Positions 46,895-62,225 of a DNA stretch of 64,000 nucleotides are shown one piece after another. Where the stretch lies: NCBI RefSeq assembly GCF_009914755.1, contig NC_060934.1, one strand, 5' to 3'. The DNA comes from the human T2T-CHM13v2.0 reference genome, Homo sapiens. Each line of letters begins with the position of its first letter. The first letter of the stretch is position 1. The position numbers and the translations under genes are program-made. A model generated the notes under the pieces. It ran no database searches. It was not told the DNA's origin and saw nothing but the letters and a program-made list of their open reading frames with translations.

Positions 46895-47420
46895 CCCCCG
46901 GCCCGTTGCTATTGAATTCCTGGCCGTCAATGAGGTCCTGGGCTCGGGGGGCCAGGCTAGGGCTCCCCGGAATTCCAGATCCTCGCAAGGAAGTGAGGGC
47001 GGCGGCGCGGGGTGGGCCCGGCTCCATCAGGGGCGCAGAGGCCGCGGGACGCGGAGAGCAGGCAGGCGCCGCCAGGGGACGCCTTACAGCCTGTCCTAAG
47101 CTTTTATTTTCTGGGATGAGGTCTCTTCTTCCAAGGGCTTCTATTTCCTCTCCCGCAAAACAGAAAGCTTCTCCTCCCGAGGTACTTGAGCATCCCCTCC
47201 AAGCGCAGCCCGTATTCCTCTCGCCTGCCCAGGCGGCCAGTCAAGGACACCCGATGTGCTGGGTGGCCAGGCGGCTCCCTCGGAGCCCAGGGATCGCGAT
47301 GGGCTCCACCTGGGGAGGCGAACAACCCGGGGTTCAGAGCTGCCCCAACCCTCGACAGCCACAGCCTCAAGCAAGCAGCGGCCGCTCTCCCTGGCCTCAG
47401 TTTACCCATTCGTGAAATGA
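46895..47420. promoter_or_regulatory. CpG island-like region, candidate promoter or enhancer
   Basis: GC-rich with roughly 35 CpGs in ~520 bp (counted by eye) and a GC-box-like gagggcggcggcgcggggtggg, against a CpG-depleted background. Confidence 0.7.
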
Positions 47421-49027
47421 GGCAATGGGATTCCATCGGGTACTCAGGTTGGGAGTGGTGGTGATGGAGAGACGTGCCACCCTCTGAAAGGAAGCTAAAT
47501 TTGGGTGTGTGGGGGGGATAGTTTTGATTAGAGATCACCCATAGCTATCAAGGATTTTTAAAGGGGGCTCTAACCAGAGCCCGTCCCTCCTCCCAGTCCC
47601 TAGCACTGCCACAAGTCTGGGAAGTCTCTGTTGTTCCAGCTTTGAAGGTAGGTCCTTTCCCACCTAGAAGACAGAGCTGCTACCTACCCTCTGGCCGGCT
47701 GCACAAAGGCACCCAGCCCAGGGCGAGATCATCCTCACCAGCCAAACCATGACGAGCCCTGGCATAGACCTATATTTCCCTGGAGAAAAGGATGTCCTTT
47801 CAAAAAGTGCACAAAGGCTCTGCTTGGCCTGGCAGTTTCCTTAGGAGGAGTCACCATTAAATCGCTGCTTATGGCTTGATGGCCTGGTCCTTCCAAGGTA
47901 AGATGACTAGACTTGTCTTGAGCCAGATTGAAGGTGGTTACACTATCACCTCAGCTGGAAGAACTGCAGAAATACTCTAGAACTCCCAATTATAGCTCAA
48001 ATCTATTTACTCTTCTCCAACCGCCCTCATACTGGCTTGGACTACAGCAGCAGCCTCTTAGATATCTCCCTGCTTCCCCTCTCGTCCTCCCACAGCAGCC
48101 AGGGAGTGTTTTTAACACACAAATCAGCCCATATCACACATTCCCACTTAAAGCCCTTCTGTGCTCCTTTGAACCCTCTCTTCCCATGGCACTTTGGATA
48201 AACCCTGTAATGCCTTTTATCATCATGCAAATCTCAACTCAAAAGTTACCTCCTCAGAGAGGCTTTCCCTGACCAGCCCATCTAATAAGCTCCCCCCAAC
48301 CTGCTTGTCATCAGTTTTATCTCCAAGATTTGTAGTCATTTATGTATGTGCTTCCTGGTTTCCTGTCCATCCCCCTGCTAAGCTAAATACCACATGAGTA
48401 TAGAACTTTTTGGGCTTTGGTTCAAGGCTTAACTCCTGTGACCAGCAGGGATGTGGGAAGTACTGGATCAACTTTCATGACTGGATGTAACAACCAGTAG
48501 ATAATTTTCTTGTGCCCTTTCCCTGCCCTATCAGTTTTGGAGCTGAACAAACTGAAGCCCAGGATAAAGTGTGAGATGTGTGGAATAAACTGTTTGAGGT
48601 CAACCTGTCGGTGGTGGAGCCAGCACTGGAGCCTGCCCACTGACTCTCAGTCCCAGGCTGCCCTGCCAGTGAAATGACCAGCTCACAAGTATGTCTGATG
48701 CTTTTGAAGTGCCCTGAGCTATGGGTGACTTTCAGATGTTCCCATTCCCCCAAGAGGACACAATCTGATGCCACATCTCAAGCCTCTGACTTTCCTCTGA
48801 ACTCGAATCTTTTAGAGAAAAGAGCTAGGAGAACATAACCACTGGGCATCAAGATCTAACTTTTTGCCAATGCCACACTGAACTCAGGCCCAATCTACTT
48901 TCTCTAGCAGAAGATCCTAAAAAAAAATAAACACTTTTCAAAGAAACTTTCAATCAAAATAATATTTGAACACAGTTTTAAAAGTCAAATATTGCTAACA
49001 AGCTTACAATTACAACAAACAAAAAAG

Positions 49028-49172
49028 GCCAGGGGTGGTGGCTCATGCTTGGGAGCCCAGCATTTTTGGAGGCTGAGGTGGGAGGATTGCTTGACCACAG
49101 AAGCTGGAGACCAGCATGGGCAATATAATGAGACTCCATCTCCACACACATTCAATCAATCAATCAATCAAT
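49028..49172 (+). mobile_element. Diverged Alu monomer with a (TCAA)n tail
   Basis: ggccaggggtggtggctcatgc...gaggctgaggtgggaggattgcttga. Confidence 0.8.
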
Positions 49173-50874
49173 CAAAGCAACACACAGTTAATCTTGTTTA
49201 ATGCTGAGCCAAGTAGTGTACTATCATGACATTTATTTTCTTGTATAACTTTTTAGTTTCCTGAGGCTAATTATTGCTCTTTTTCTTTTCTTTGCTAAGA
49301 TTTCTTTGAACCTTAAGCTAAATCTTCCCATGTCCTCTGATACACCAAAAGTGTTTCTCAGCATAGTTTTTCCCATTAGTAAATCTGTTTGCAAGTCCTC
49401 AATGCCATATTTTCGCAGAGATGGTGCTTCTGGAACCTTGCTTCCTCTCACTCTTCTCTCAGACCTGTGGCTCTCTGGGCCTCCTGGTCATGGTTAAGGA
49501 AACCGGGAAAGCTCAGAAGCTAGTGCCAGCCACAGCTCCACCATACCTTGAGCCTCTGGCTCCACACCTGTGCTCAGTCACCTTCCCTTATGTGTCTCCT
49601 GAAGAATGATGCCAACGTTTCACTGTCTGTGAAAAAGCAAGTATAGGGTAGAGGGAGGAGCTGTGATATTATCATACTTTGCCTGGGCCCCACCAATGCT
49701 TCAATTTGACACTGCAATTGAATGGAATAGCTTACAGAGAATATTGTGAGATTTTGGCCAGGTTGTTGTTGAAGTGCATTTTAGGGTGCCCTGAATTTAC
49801 TTAGGCCTTCAAGTTTTATGGTAACTCAAAAAGAATAAATTAATTAGGAGAAAACAGAATCCTCCAAGCATCACCCAAATCTTGTTATTCCATTCAGAGG
49901 CACCCTTATGAGTGGTCAGGGTCATGATCTGAAGTGAGTTCTGAAGAGCTGCTGCCCCTCAATGTCACCTGTACTGGTATTTGGAAAAGGCCACCCAGAT
50001 TTCCATCATTATTGCTCCAACATCAATTGCCTTTAGATCTGTTGTTGGAACTTACGTTTCTCTTGGAGGGATCACACTTTAAATGACATCTAGGTTTTTA
50101 CTTTAGGGGGAATGTGTATTAACCACTTTCTAGAGAACAGATGGGGTAGAGGGCTCTTCCAGTAGATGGAGCTCTCCCATGAAACTGCAGCCCACCATGG
50201 TGTACAGAGTGGATGCTGGGCCCTCCACTAGTGGGCTCGTCAATGGGAGGGCAGTACCAAGGTGGTCGGAGAATTGGCACACCTGTATAAACAGCAGGCC
50301 CTCGGCACCTGTTTATCCTCATCCCTCACCTGGATTTCAACTCCCAAGTCAGATGTGGGGCTTTCTGTCTTCCTTTGTGCCATGACAGCATAAAACAGAC
50401 ATCAGAAAGGATGAACTCAGCTCTCCTTTTTCCTTGTCCATGGCATGACCCATGAAAGTGAAGATCCTAGTTTCAGCTAACTTGCACCCAGAAGAATCAG
50501 GAGAAAGGCTTATCTTGTTGACACAAAGACACCAGCACCACCCGATGGCACCTTGATCACACAGACTCTGTCCTGACACCCACAGTAGCTGCTGAGGTCT
50601 CTCTGGCTAGGAATAGAGGCTTGGCCAATTTCTGGAATTGTGGAGCATTAGAGCTTGCTGAGGGTCTCCCAGCTGTCTGACTAGACCAGACAGGAGGGCA
50701 AATCCTCCAATTCAAACTCACCCCCTCTATAAAGAGGAGAATTCAGGGAAGGGTTAGCCAAGACTGATACAGTTTGGGCTTTGCAGGACACTGCATGGTC
50801 CCCATTCTATGCAGATGCCAGTTTTTCTGTCTGGTTTTCTTTCTCTCTCCTCTGGCTTTCTTTCTCTCTCTCTC

Positions 50875-51172
<298 letters not shown>

Positions 51173-51281
51173 CTCTCTCTCTCTTTTAATTCCTACCTCA
51201 TCTCCCTTTGTTTCTGTCTGTGGTGTTCTCCATACACAACTTTCTTTTCATAAATCAAGGAAGCATTAAAACAATGAGACA

Positions 51282-51602
<321 letters not shown>

Positions 51603-51668
51603 TTAACATTCTGAACTTTGCTTGACATTAGCTCTGCACATATGTGTGTGCTCATTTTCTGATAGTTT

Positions 51669-52560
51669 TGATGCAGGATTTTTCTTGGCCCCTTCGATGG
51701 ACTCACGACAGGCGTGCCCTGTTTACTCAGCCCACCAAAGTCAACCCTTTGCAGGAGGGAGTACATGAGTGAGCAAGTGTGGGATCCATTCGGTTGCTCT
51801 GGGCACCAGCTGCTCCAGGCACCAGCAGAAGCAAGCTTCATGCAGGGCCTGTGACCAGACCAGGCATGAGTGAAAAAGTGCAGGATCCAGCTGGCCATTC
51901 CAGATGCTGGCAGGAGCAAGCTTCATGTAGGGCCCATGGCGATACCCAGGTGGGGGTGCCTGCTACCCTGGTGCCCCAGAGGGAGTTGTTACAGTGCTCT
52001 CTTAGCTCTGCTGTCCGTGGTCAGCTGTGTGTTAGCAGCTCAGTTGGCTCCTTGCCTTGTCACATGGGGCGACTGCCCTCTGCCAGTGAGGGCAAAGGGC
52101 TAGTGTGACAGACTCTCTGGATACCTACACTCGGTGGGTCCCGATCTCTTGTCTGGTGTCCAGGAAAAATGAGGTCATGGGGATGAATTGAAGGATGGTG
52201 AAGGTAGAGAATTTTATTGAGCAGAGAGGGGAGCTGGAAAGGGGACAGGAAGGACAGGTAGCCTTACCTGAAGTCAAGCTGCCTCTCTCAAGTCAAGCCA
52301 TCTCTCCTCGCTCCCTATTGAGTCTGGGGTCTTTATAGGCACAGGATGGTGGGGGGGTGGGGTGGGTTATAGGTAGTTTTGGAAAAGACAACATTTGATT
52401 GGTTAAAAGGCACTATTCAGAAAGAACCAATAGGGAGAGAACGGGCAAACAGAAATAGAAGTTCTCACTTTCGGTGGTGGGTTTCAGGCTTTTTGGCTTG
52501 AAGGTGGGACAGGACCTGCCTCTGTCTGCCTAGAATTTCTCTGCCTCCTGCCTCTATCCT
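51669..52560 (-). mobile_element. ERV1 solo LTR (MER52-like)
   Basis: Terminus tgatgcaggatttttcttggcccctt and far end agaatttctctgcctcctgcctctatc resemble the MER52 consensus as I recall it. Confidence 0.7.
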
Positions 52561-52729
52561 GCCTCTTAGTTTCATGTCATGTGGAAGAGGAAGGGTCCTG
52601 GTCTGGATGTGGGTTCTGCTCCCCATCAGTGACTAAAAGCATGAGTTTGCCCTGAATTCGCAACATAGATCATTGCCTTCTAGGTTCTATCAGTGACTAT
52701 GACCTTGAGCTTGTCCTCAATATTTATTA

Positions 52730-54820
<2,091 letters not shown>

Positions 54821-54859
54821 AAAAGTAAGCTTATAGCTAGAAAAAAAATACATGGAGAT

Positions 54860-55293
54860 TGTATTAGTCAGGGTTCCCTAGGGGGACAGAATTAATAGGA
54901 TATATATACACATGAAGGGGAGTTTATTGAGTATTAACGTACACAAACATAAGGTCCCACAACAGGCTCTCTGCAAGCTTGAGGAGCAAGGAGAGCCAAT
55001 CTGAGTCTCAACTGAAGAACTTGGAGTCTGATGTTTAAAGGCAGGAAACATCCAGCATGGGAGAAAGATGTAGGCTGGGCGGCTAGGCCAGTCTCACCTT
55101 TTCATGTTTTTCTGCCTGCTTTATGTTCACTGGCAGCTGATTAGGTTGTGCCCACCAGATTAAGGGTGGGTCTGTTTTCCCCAGCCCACTGACTCAAATG
55201 TCAATCTCCTTTGGCAACACCCTCACAGACACACCCAGGATTAATACTTTGCATCCAATCCAATCAAGTTGACACTCAGTATTAACCATCACA
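54860..55293 (-). mobile_element. 3' LTR (MLT2A-type)
   Basis: Minus strand begins tgtgatggttaatactgagtgtcaacttgattggatt and ends ...aataca; preceded by the polypurine tract caaggggtgggct. Confidence 0.92.
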
Positions 55294-55699
55294 AGCCCAC
55301 CCCTTGTCAACTTGAACCCATACACATCTCCTGAGATCATACATAATCTTTAAGTAAAGACAATAATAAGGTCATAATTATGCCTAACATAAAACAACTA
55401 TCCTTCATACAACTGGAAACGCACCAATCCCCAACCCAAAAACTATTACATAAAGTTAACAATACTTAAATGCTAATGTGAAGTCAATAAATCTTATGTC
55501 ACATGATAAAGGAGAAAGAAAATAAAATGAAGATATTTTCTTAGCACAAGTATATATATGCAAAACATATTTTTAACAAAAGAAGGGGGACATACTCATG
55601 ACAATTACAATCCTCGCTTCTGAAGCTGATGATGTGGTCGTAGCTGGTATTAATTACTACCTTCTTCTACTACCCATTCTGTATTCCCTTTGCCTTCAG

Positions 55700-56130
55700 C
55701 AAGCACCTCAGCAGGTCATTGATTTTTTTCCTGGTCGGGTGACCCAAACCATTCCTGAAGGGTCTGGGCCATTTTTAGTCCAGTCTGGATTAGGCTGTTG
55801 TAGTTTCCCATTGACCTTAATCACAGGGCATGGTACTACTAAGAGATGCCCTAATGTATCTCCTGTATTCCATGCATACTCTTCCTTACCTCCGTTGTAG
55901 AGTAGTAGACTGATTTCATCTTGATAGTCCAGGTCAATCACTCCAGCCAACACTGTAACTCCAGTTTTCTAACTTCTTAGCCTGTTGACTTAAAGGTAGG
56001 AGGAGCCCAAAGTGTCCAGGTGGCAATCTTAACTTCCAGTTTAGTGGAATTGGTGTTATGTCTCCTGGTAGCAACATTCCTGCCTTTGGAACTAAGACCT
56101 CTAGGCCAGCAGAATATAATGTCATGGGAA
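55700..56130 (-). pseudogene. HERV-L dUTPase remnant
   Basis: IPLNWKLRLPPGHFGLLLP and AGVIDLDYQDEISLLLYN are dUTPase-like motifs located after integrase, the ERV-L arrangement. Confidence 0.8.
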
Positions 56131-59115
56131 TAGGAAGCAAAAATTTTGCTAGTGGATCCCTAGGGGTGACAGTGAGTGGTGCCACTTCCACTTCCACCCC
56201 TTGATTCCTGTACCATGAATCCTGGCTATGGGGAAAACAGTACCATATATTGGATGCCGATTCAGAGTATACACAACCTTCTGGAGAACTTTGCCCCAGC
56301 CCTGCAAAGCATTGTCCCCTAGTTGGCATTGTAATTGTGACTTTGAAAGGCCATTCCACCGTTCTATCAATCCAGCTGCTTCAGGATGATGAGGAACATG
56401 GTAAGACCAGTGAATTCCACGAGTATGAGCCCACTGCTGCACTTCTTTAGCCGCAAGTGCCTTGGTCAGAGGCAATGCTGTGTGGAATACCATGAAGGTG
56501 AATAAGGCATTCCGTGAGTCCATGGATGATAGTCTTGGCAGAAGCATTGCATGCAGGATAGGCAAACCCATATCCAGAGTAAGTGTCTATTCCAGTGAGG
56601 ACAAACCTCTGCCCTTTCCATGATGGAAGAGGTCCAATACGATCAACCTGCCACAAGGTAGCTGGCTGATCACCCTGAGGAATGGTGCCATATCGAGGGC
56701 TCATTGTTGGTCTCTGCTGCTGGCAAATTGGGCACTCAGCAGTGGCCATAGCCAGGTCAGCATTCGTGAGTGTAAGTCCGTGTTGCTGATCCCATGAGTA
56801 ACCTCCGTCCTTGCCACGACAGCCACTTTGTTCATGGGCATTGGGCAATGACAGGAGTGGCTAGGGAAAGAGGCTGAGTGGTGTCCACAGAAAATCCTCT
56901 TCTGCTGAGGTCACCCGTTGGTGAGCACTGATGTGGGATACAAATATCTTCACAGTTTTTGATCACTCAGAGAGGTCTATCCACATACGTACTTCTTCCC
57001 CAAATTTCTTTGTGACCAATTTTCCAATCATGCTTCTTCCAAGTCCCTGACCATCCAGCCAAACCATTGGCTACAGCCCATGAATCAGTATATAATCGCA
57101 CATCTAGCCATTTCTCCTTTCATGCAAAGTGTGCAGCCAGGTGCACTGCTAGAAGTTCTGCCCACTGGGAAGATTTCCCTTCACTGGTCTCCTTCTGGGA
57201 TGTCCTAGAAAGGGGCTATAGTGCTGCAGCTGTCTACGTTCGAGTGGTGCCTGTATATTGTGCAGAACCACCTGTGACCCAGGCCCTAGTCTTCTCTTCC
57301 TCTGTCAAATGATCACAGGGAACTCCCCATGAGGCCATTGGTGCAGGCTGGGGAGGAGAAGGCAGGGCGGCAGGTGTGGAGACCATGGGCATTTGAGCCA
57401 CTTCCTCATGTAACTTACTTGTGCCTTCAGGACCTGCTCAAGCCTCATCATGTATATACCACTTCCATTTGATGGTGGAAGGCTGTGCATGACCCACTTG
57501 ATGGCTAAATGGGTCAGAAAGCACCCAGTTCATGACAGGCAGTTCAGGTTACATGGTGACTTGATGACCCATAGTCAAACGTTGTTTCCATCAAAGTCCA
57601 GTAACAAGCCAAGATCTGTCTCTCAAAAGGAGAGTAGTTATCTACAGAAGATGGCAAGGCCCTGCTCCAAAATCCTAGAGGCCTGCACTGTGATTCACCT
57701 ATGGGGGCCTGCCAAAGGCACCAAACAGCATCCCTATCTGCCACTGACACCTCAAGCACCATTGGATCTGCTGGGTCATATAGCCCAAGTGGCAGAGCAG
57801 CTTGCACAGCAGCCTGGACTTGTTACAGAGCCTTCTCCTGTTCTGGACCCCACTCAAACTGGCAGCCTTTTGGGTCACTCAATAAATGGGTCAGAGTAAC
57901 ACACCCAGATGAGGAATGTGTTGCCTCCAAAATCCAAATAGGCCCACTAGGTGTTCTGCCTCTTTCTTGGTTGTAGGAGGGGCCAAACACAGCAACTTAT
58001 CCTTCACTTTAGAAGGGATATTTTGACAGACCCCACACCACTGGACCCCTAGAAATTTCACTGAGGTAGAAGTTCCCTGAATTTTAGTCATATTTATTTC
58101 CCATCCTCTGGCATGGAAATGTCTCACCAATAAGTCCAGTGTGTTTGCTACTTCTTGATCACTGGATCCAATCAGCATAATGTCATCAATGTAATGGACC
58201 AGTGTGATATCTTGTAGAAGTGAAAAGCGATCAAGGTCTCTCCAAATAAGATTATGACACAAAGCCAGAGTTGATATACCCCTGAGGTAGGAAAGTAAAG
58301 GTATATTGCTGGCCTTGCCAGCTGAAGGCAAATTGCTTCTGGTGGGCCTTATGGACGGGAATGGAGAAAAAGGCATTTGCCAAGTCAATGGCTGCATACC
58401 AGGTACCAGGAGATGTGTTAATTTGCTCAAGAAATGAAACCACATCTGGTACAGGAGCTGCAATTGGAGTCACCACTTGATTAAGCTTGTGATAATCCAC
58501 TGTCATTCTCTAAGATCCATCTGGTTCACAGCTCGGTCAGTTTGAGGCAGGCCAAATGGGAGAGTTGAATGGGGATGTGGTAGGAATCACCACCCCTGCA
58601 TCTTTCACGTCCCTGATGGTGGCACTAATCTCCACAATCCCCCCAGGGATGTGATATTGTTTTTGATTTACTATTTCTTTAGGTAGAGACAGCTCTAATG
58701 GCTTCCACTTGGCCTCTCCCACCATAATAGCCATCACCCTACCAGTTAGGGAAGCCAGTGTAGGGATTCTGCCAGCTGCTAAGTGTGTCTATGCCAATTA
58801 TGCATTCTGGCATTGGGGAAATTACTACAGGATGACTGTGGGGACCCACTGTAAGTCAGACCTGAGCTAAAACTCCATTAATTACCTGACCTCCATAAGT
58901 CCCTACTTTAATTGGAGGATCACAGTGATGTTTTGGGTCCCCTGGAGTCAACATCAGCTCAGAGGCAGTGTTCCATAATCTCTGAAATGTCTGATCATTT
59001 CCCTTTTCCCAATGCACAGTTACCCCAGTAAAAGGCCAGAGGTGTCTTTGGGGAAAGATGGGAGAAAGGTTCACTGCACAAATTGTCGGTAATGTAGTGA
59101 GGCCCTTCCTCAAGG
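56130..59115 (-). pseudogene. HERV-L pro/pol remnant (RT, RNase H, integrase), frameshifted
   Basis: [63 protein letters not shown]. Confidence 0.92.
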
Positions 59116-59129
59116 GGATCCAGCCTCCC

Positions 59130-60873
59130 CTTCATTCAAGGAGTTCTGGGTCTATAAACTGGCTCAAGTCTGGAAATTGATTGAGGGACCATGATTCTCC
59201 GTTTTTGTAATTCAAATTAGTCTTTTGTCCATTCAAGCTAGAAGTTTTCTGCTTGTATAAATTAAGTATGAATGCAGTAGGCTTCCTATCAACTTCATTT
59301 CTAGGAACACTATGATTAATTAGCCAATGCCAGAGCTCTACATGAGTCAGACTATTCTGATTGGTGCTTTGTCTCTGCTGTTCATTATGGTAGCTACACC
59401 CACCTTGCCTTTGACGGTTGACTGCTGCCACTTGGCCCCTGCCACGTCGGGATCAAATTATTCCCATCGTATTTAAATTTTGTAGTTGAGTGACTATGGT
59501 TCCTACTGTTAGATCTGACATACAGAGAAGAGAAATTATAGGGCTCTTCAAACATGTAGGTGCTTGCCTCACAAATCTATTTCACAAGGCATTGGTCAAG
59601 GGTATATCTTCTGGACCCTCCTACCTGGGATGAGTAGGTCTAAAGTGACTAATCCACTCCACCATCCCACTCTCCCTAAGCCTTTAGATCCCTTCCTCTA
59701 CATTAAACCAAGAAAGATCAGGCATTTCCAGCTTGCTCACAGTGGGCCATCTTTTAATCCATATTTCAGCTAACCAAGCAAATAAACGATTAGAACCTTT
59801 TTTAATTCCCCAAGCTGCAACATTAAATGCAGAGTCCCTACTTAGTGGGTCCAAATCAATAAATTCAGCCTGATCCAACTCTATGTTCCTTCCACCATTA
59901 TCCCATACCCTTAATATCCATTCCCGTGACTGTTCTCCAGATTTCTGTTTATATAAATTAGAGAACTCAAGCAGTTCTTTTTAAGAGTAGTGAACCTCCT
60001 CATGGATCATGCTCTCAACCTCACCTCTAGGTGCCTGCCAGGACTTTAGTCTAGTTATAGGTCTGGAAGCAAACAGAGGTGTTGAGGGTGGCTCCTGAGG
60101 AGAATCAACATTATTTTGCCTGGCAACTGCCTCCATGGAGGCCATCACTGTTGCCTCAGACAGTGCAGAGTTTGTCTTCTCAGACAAAGGTGGAAAGGCT
60201 GATGGCAGCATGGGTCAGGGAGGGGATGTTGCCACTACTGGGGATGGTGAAGCTGTTCCTTCTGGCAAGAAAGTTTCATCAGAGCTTACAAACTTAGTGT
60301 TCCCAGCTTCATCAGTGTCCTCCCACACATCCCCATTCCAGGTTACAGGGTCTCATTCTTTTCTAATCAATGCCCTCACTTTAACAGTAGACACCGGTGA
60401 GGTGCATGCACCTTTCATCGCAGGTCAGCCACTCACATGATAAGAGCTTGTGTCTGTTTCTCCACAATTTCAGCTCTTTCTCTACAGGAGATAAGACTCT
60501 CACTCAGGGCAATCTTAGAAGATTTGAGGCTCAGTATCTGCTTCTGAAGCCAGAAGACAGAATCCCTGAGTTCATCATTTTCTCTCATCACTTTGTCCAG
60601 TGAACTTAGGAGCAACCAACCAGCTTCATTATGTTCCTTGGTTCTCCACATATGGTCAAAGGTATTATATATAGAGTTAAGGAACTCCTTGCATCTCATG
60701 AACAGTGAATCAGGAGTGTCAAATGCATTTATTTTACATAACTCTCTAAACAGTTCATGCCAAGGACTATCAGTGTTCTCCATACTATTAGAAGTAGAGT
60801 CCTTAGCATTTTTGGGTCTAATCATATTAAGCAGCCAACTCCAGAAACCCCAAAACCAACAAAAGAACTCCAT
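59130..60873 (-). pseudogene. HERV-L gag remnant
   Basis: RPKNAKDSTSNSMENTDSPWHEL and DQAEFIDLDPLSRDSAFNVAA fragments, broken by stops and frameshifts. Confidence 0.85.
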
Positions 60874-60891
60874 CCTTAATATTCTGTTCCT

Positions 60892-61197
60892 GGCTGAGTG
60901 CAGTGGCTCACACCTGTAATCCTAGCACTTTGGGAGGCCAAGGCAGGTGGATCACCTGAGGTCAGGAGTTCGAGACCAGCCTGGTCAACATGATGAAACC
61001 TCATCTCTACTAAAAATACAAAAATTAGCCAGGCATGGCAGCAGGCACCTATAATCCCAGCTACTCGGGAAGCTGAAGTAGGAGAATCGCTTGAATCCAG
61101 GGGGCAGAGGTTGCAGTGAGCCGAGATTGCACCACTTCACTCCAGCCTGGGTGAAAGAGCAAAACTCTGTCTCCAAAAAAAAAAAAAGAAAAAAATT
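60892..61197 (+). mobile_element. Alu inserted in the HERV-L leader
   Basis: TSD attctgttcct at 60881-60891 and 61202-61212. Confidence 0.95.
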
Positions 61198-61218
61198 ATG
61201 AATTCTGTTCCTCTAGAA

Positions 61219-61233
61219 CCACTCCTGGTACCA
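61219..61233 (-). other. Primer-binding site complementary to tRNA-Leu
   Basis: Minus strand tggtaccaggagtgg just inside the 5' LTR is complementary to the tRNA-Leu 3' end ...CCACUCCUGGUACCA (recalled). Confidence 0.85.
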
Positions 61234-61238
61234 AAATC

Positions 61239-61704
61239 TGTATTAGGGTTCCCTAAAGGAACAGAACTAATATATATATGTGTGTATATGTATACACACA
61301 TGTATATATGTGTATATATATATATGAGTTTATTAAATATTAACTTACATGATCACAATGTCCCACAATAGGCGTCTGCAAGCTTGAGGAGCAAGGAGAA
61401 CCAGTCTGAGTCTCAGAACTGAAGAACTCTGGAGTCCGATGTTTGAAGGCAGGAAACATCCAGCATGGGAGAAAGATGTAGGCTGGGAGTCTAAGCCAGT
61501 CTTGCCTTTTCACGATTTTCTGCCTGCTTTATATTCACTGGCAGCTGATTAGATTGTGCCCACCAGATTAAGGGTGGGTCTCTTTTCCCCAGCCCACTGA
61601 CTCAAATGTTAATGTCCTTTGGCAATACCCTCACAGACACACCCAAGATTAATACCTTGCACCCTTCAATCCAATCAAGTTGACACTCAATATTAACCAT
61701 CACA
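61239..61704 (-). mobile_element. 5' LTR (MLT2A-type)
   Basis: Aligns to 54860-55293 at roughly 90% by eye; internal (TA/TG)n tract. Confidence 0.92.
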
Positions 61705-62047
61705 GAGATGGTTCAACACAATCCATTTGAGCCCAGGTTCACAGCTTGGTCAGTGTCAATAGACTCTGACAGGCACACTTCCTGGGAACAGATAAAGGAT
61801 CTGAGCTTCCAAGAGTTCAGAGTCCGAGTACCAGTTGCCTCTGGTTGACTCCTCTCATCCTCTTGGGACCTGGTGGGGTGAGGAAACTGACCTTGAGTGA
61901 CCGAGCCTCATGACGTGTCCTGGAATGTGGATTTCTCATGCTATCCCAAGTGCTTCCTCTAAAGTGAGTTTCTAGAAATCAAATCTTCATTACACAGAGT
62001 GCTGCTTCCCACAGAAATGTTTCCATAATTCTAAAAGGAGGTCCATG

Positions 62048-62225
62048 GCAGTGTATCCTAAACCCAGCCGCTCATCAGAATCACTTGCAGGGCTGGTTAA
62101 ACCACAGATTGCTGGGTCCAACACCCTCAGTTTCTGACCTAGTCAATCTGAAGTGGGCCCTGGAATCCATATTTTTAGGAAAATGCCCAGGTACCTCTAA
62201 TTTGGAAATGGGTATTGAAACCACA
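62048..62225. mobile_element. MER5A-like element
   Basis: catcagaatcacttgcagggctggttaaaccacagattgctgggtcc...tcagtttctga. Confidence 0.75.

Larger units (their letters stand above)
54860..61704 (-). mobile_element. Full-structure HERV-L (ERVL) provirus, decayed, without env
   Basis: Two MLT2A-type LTRs; 5-bp TSD gagat (54855-54859 and 61705-61709); PBS, PPT, and gag, RT, integrase and dUTPase fragments. Confidence 0.95.

Noticed and set aside
46786-47415. 209-aa ORF over the CpG island
   Set aside because: Low-complexity P/A/G/S/R-rich product with no recognisable domain; long frames are expected in GC-rich, stop-poor DNA.
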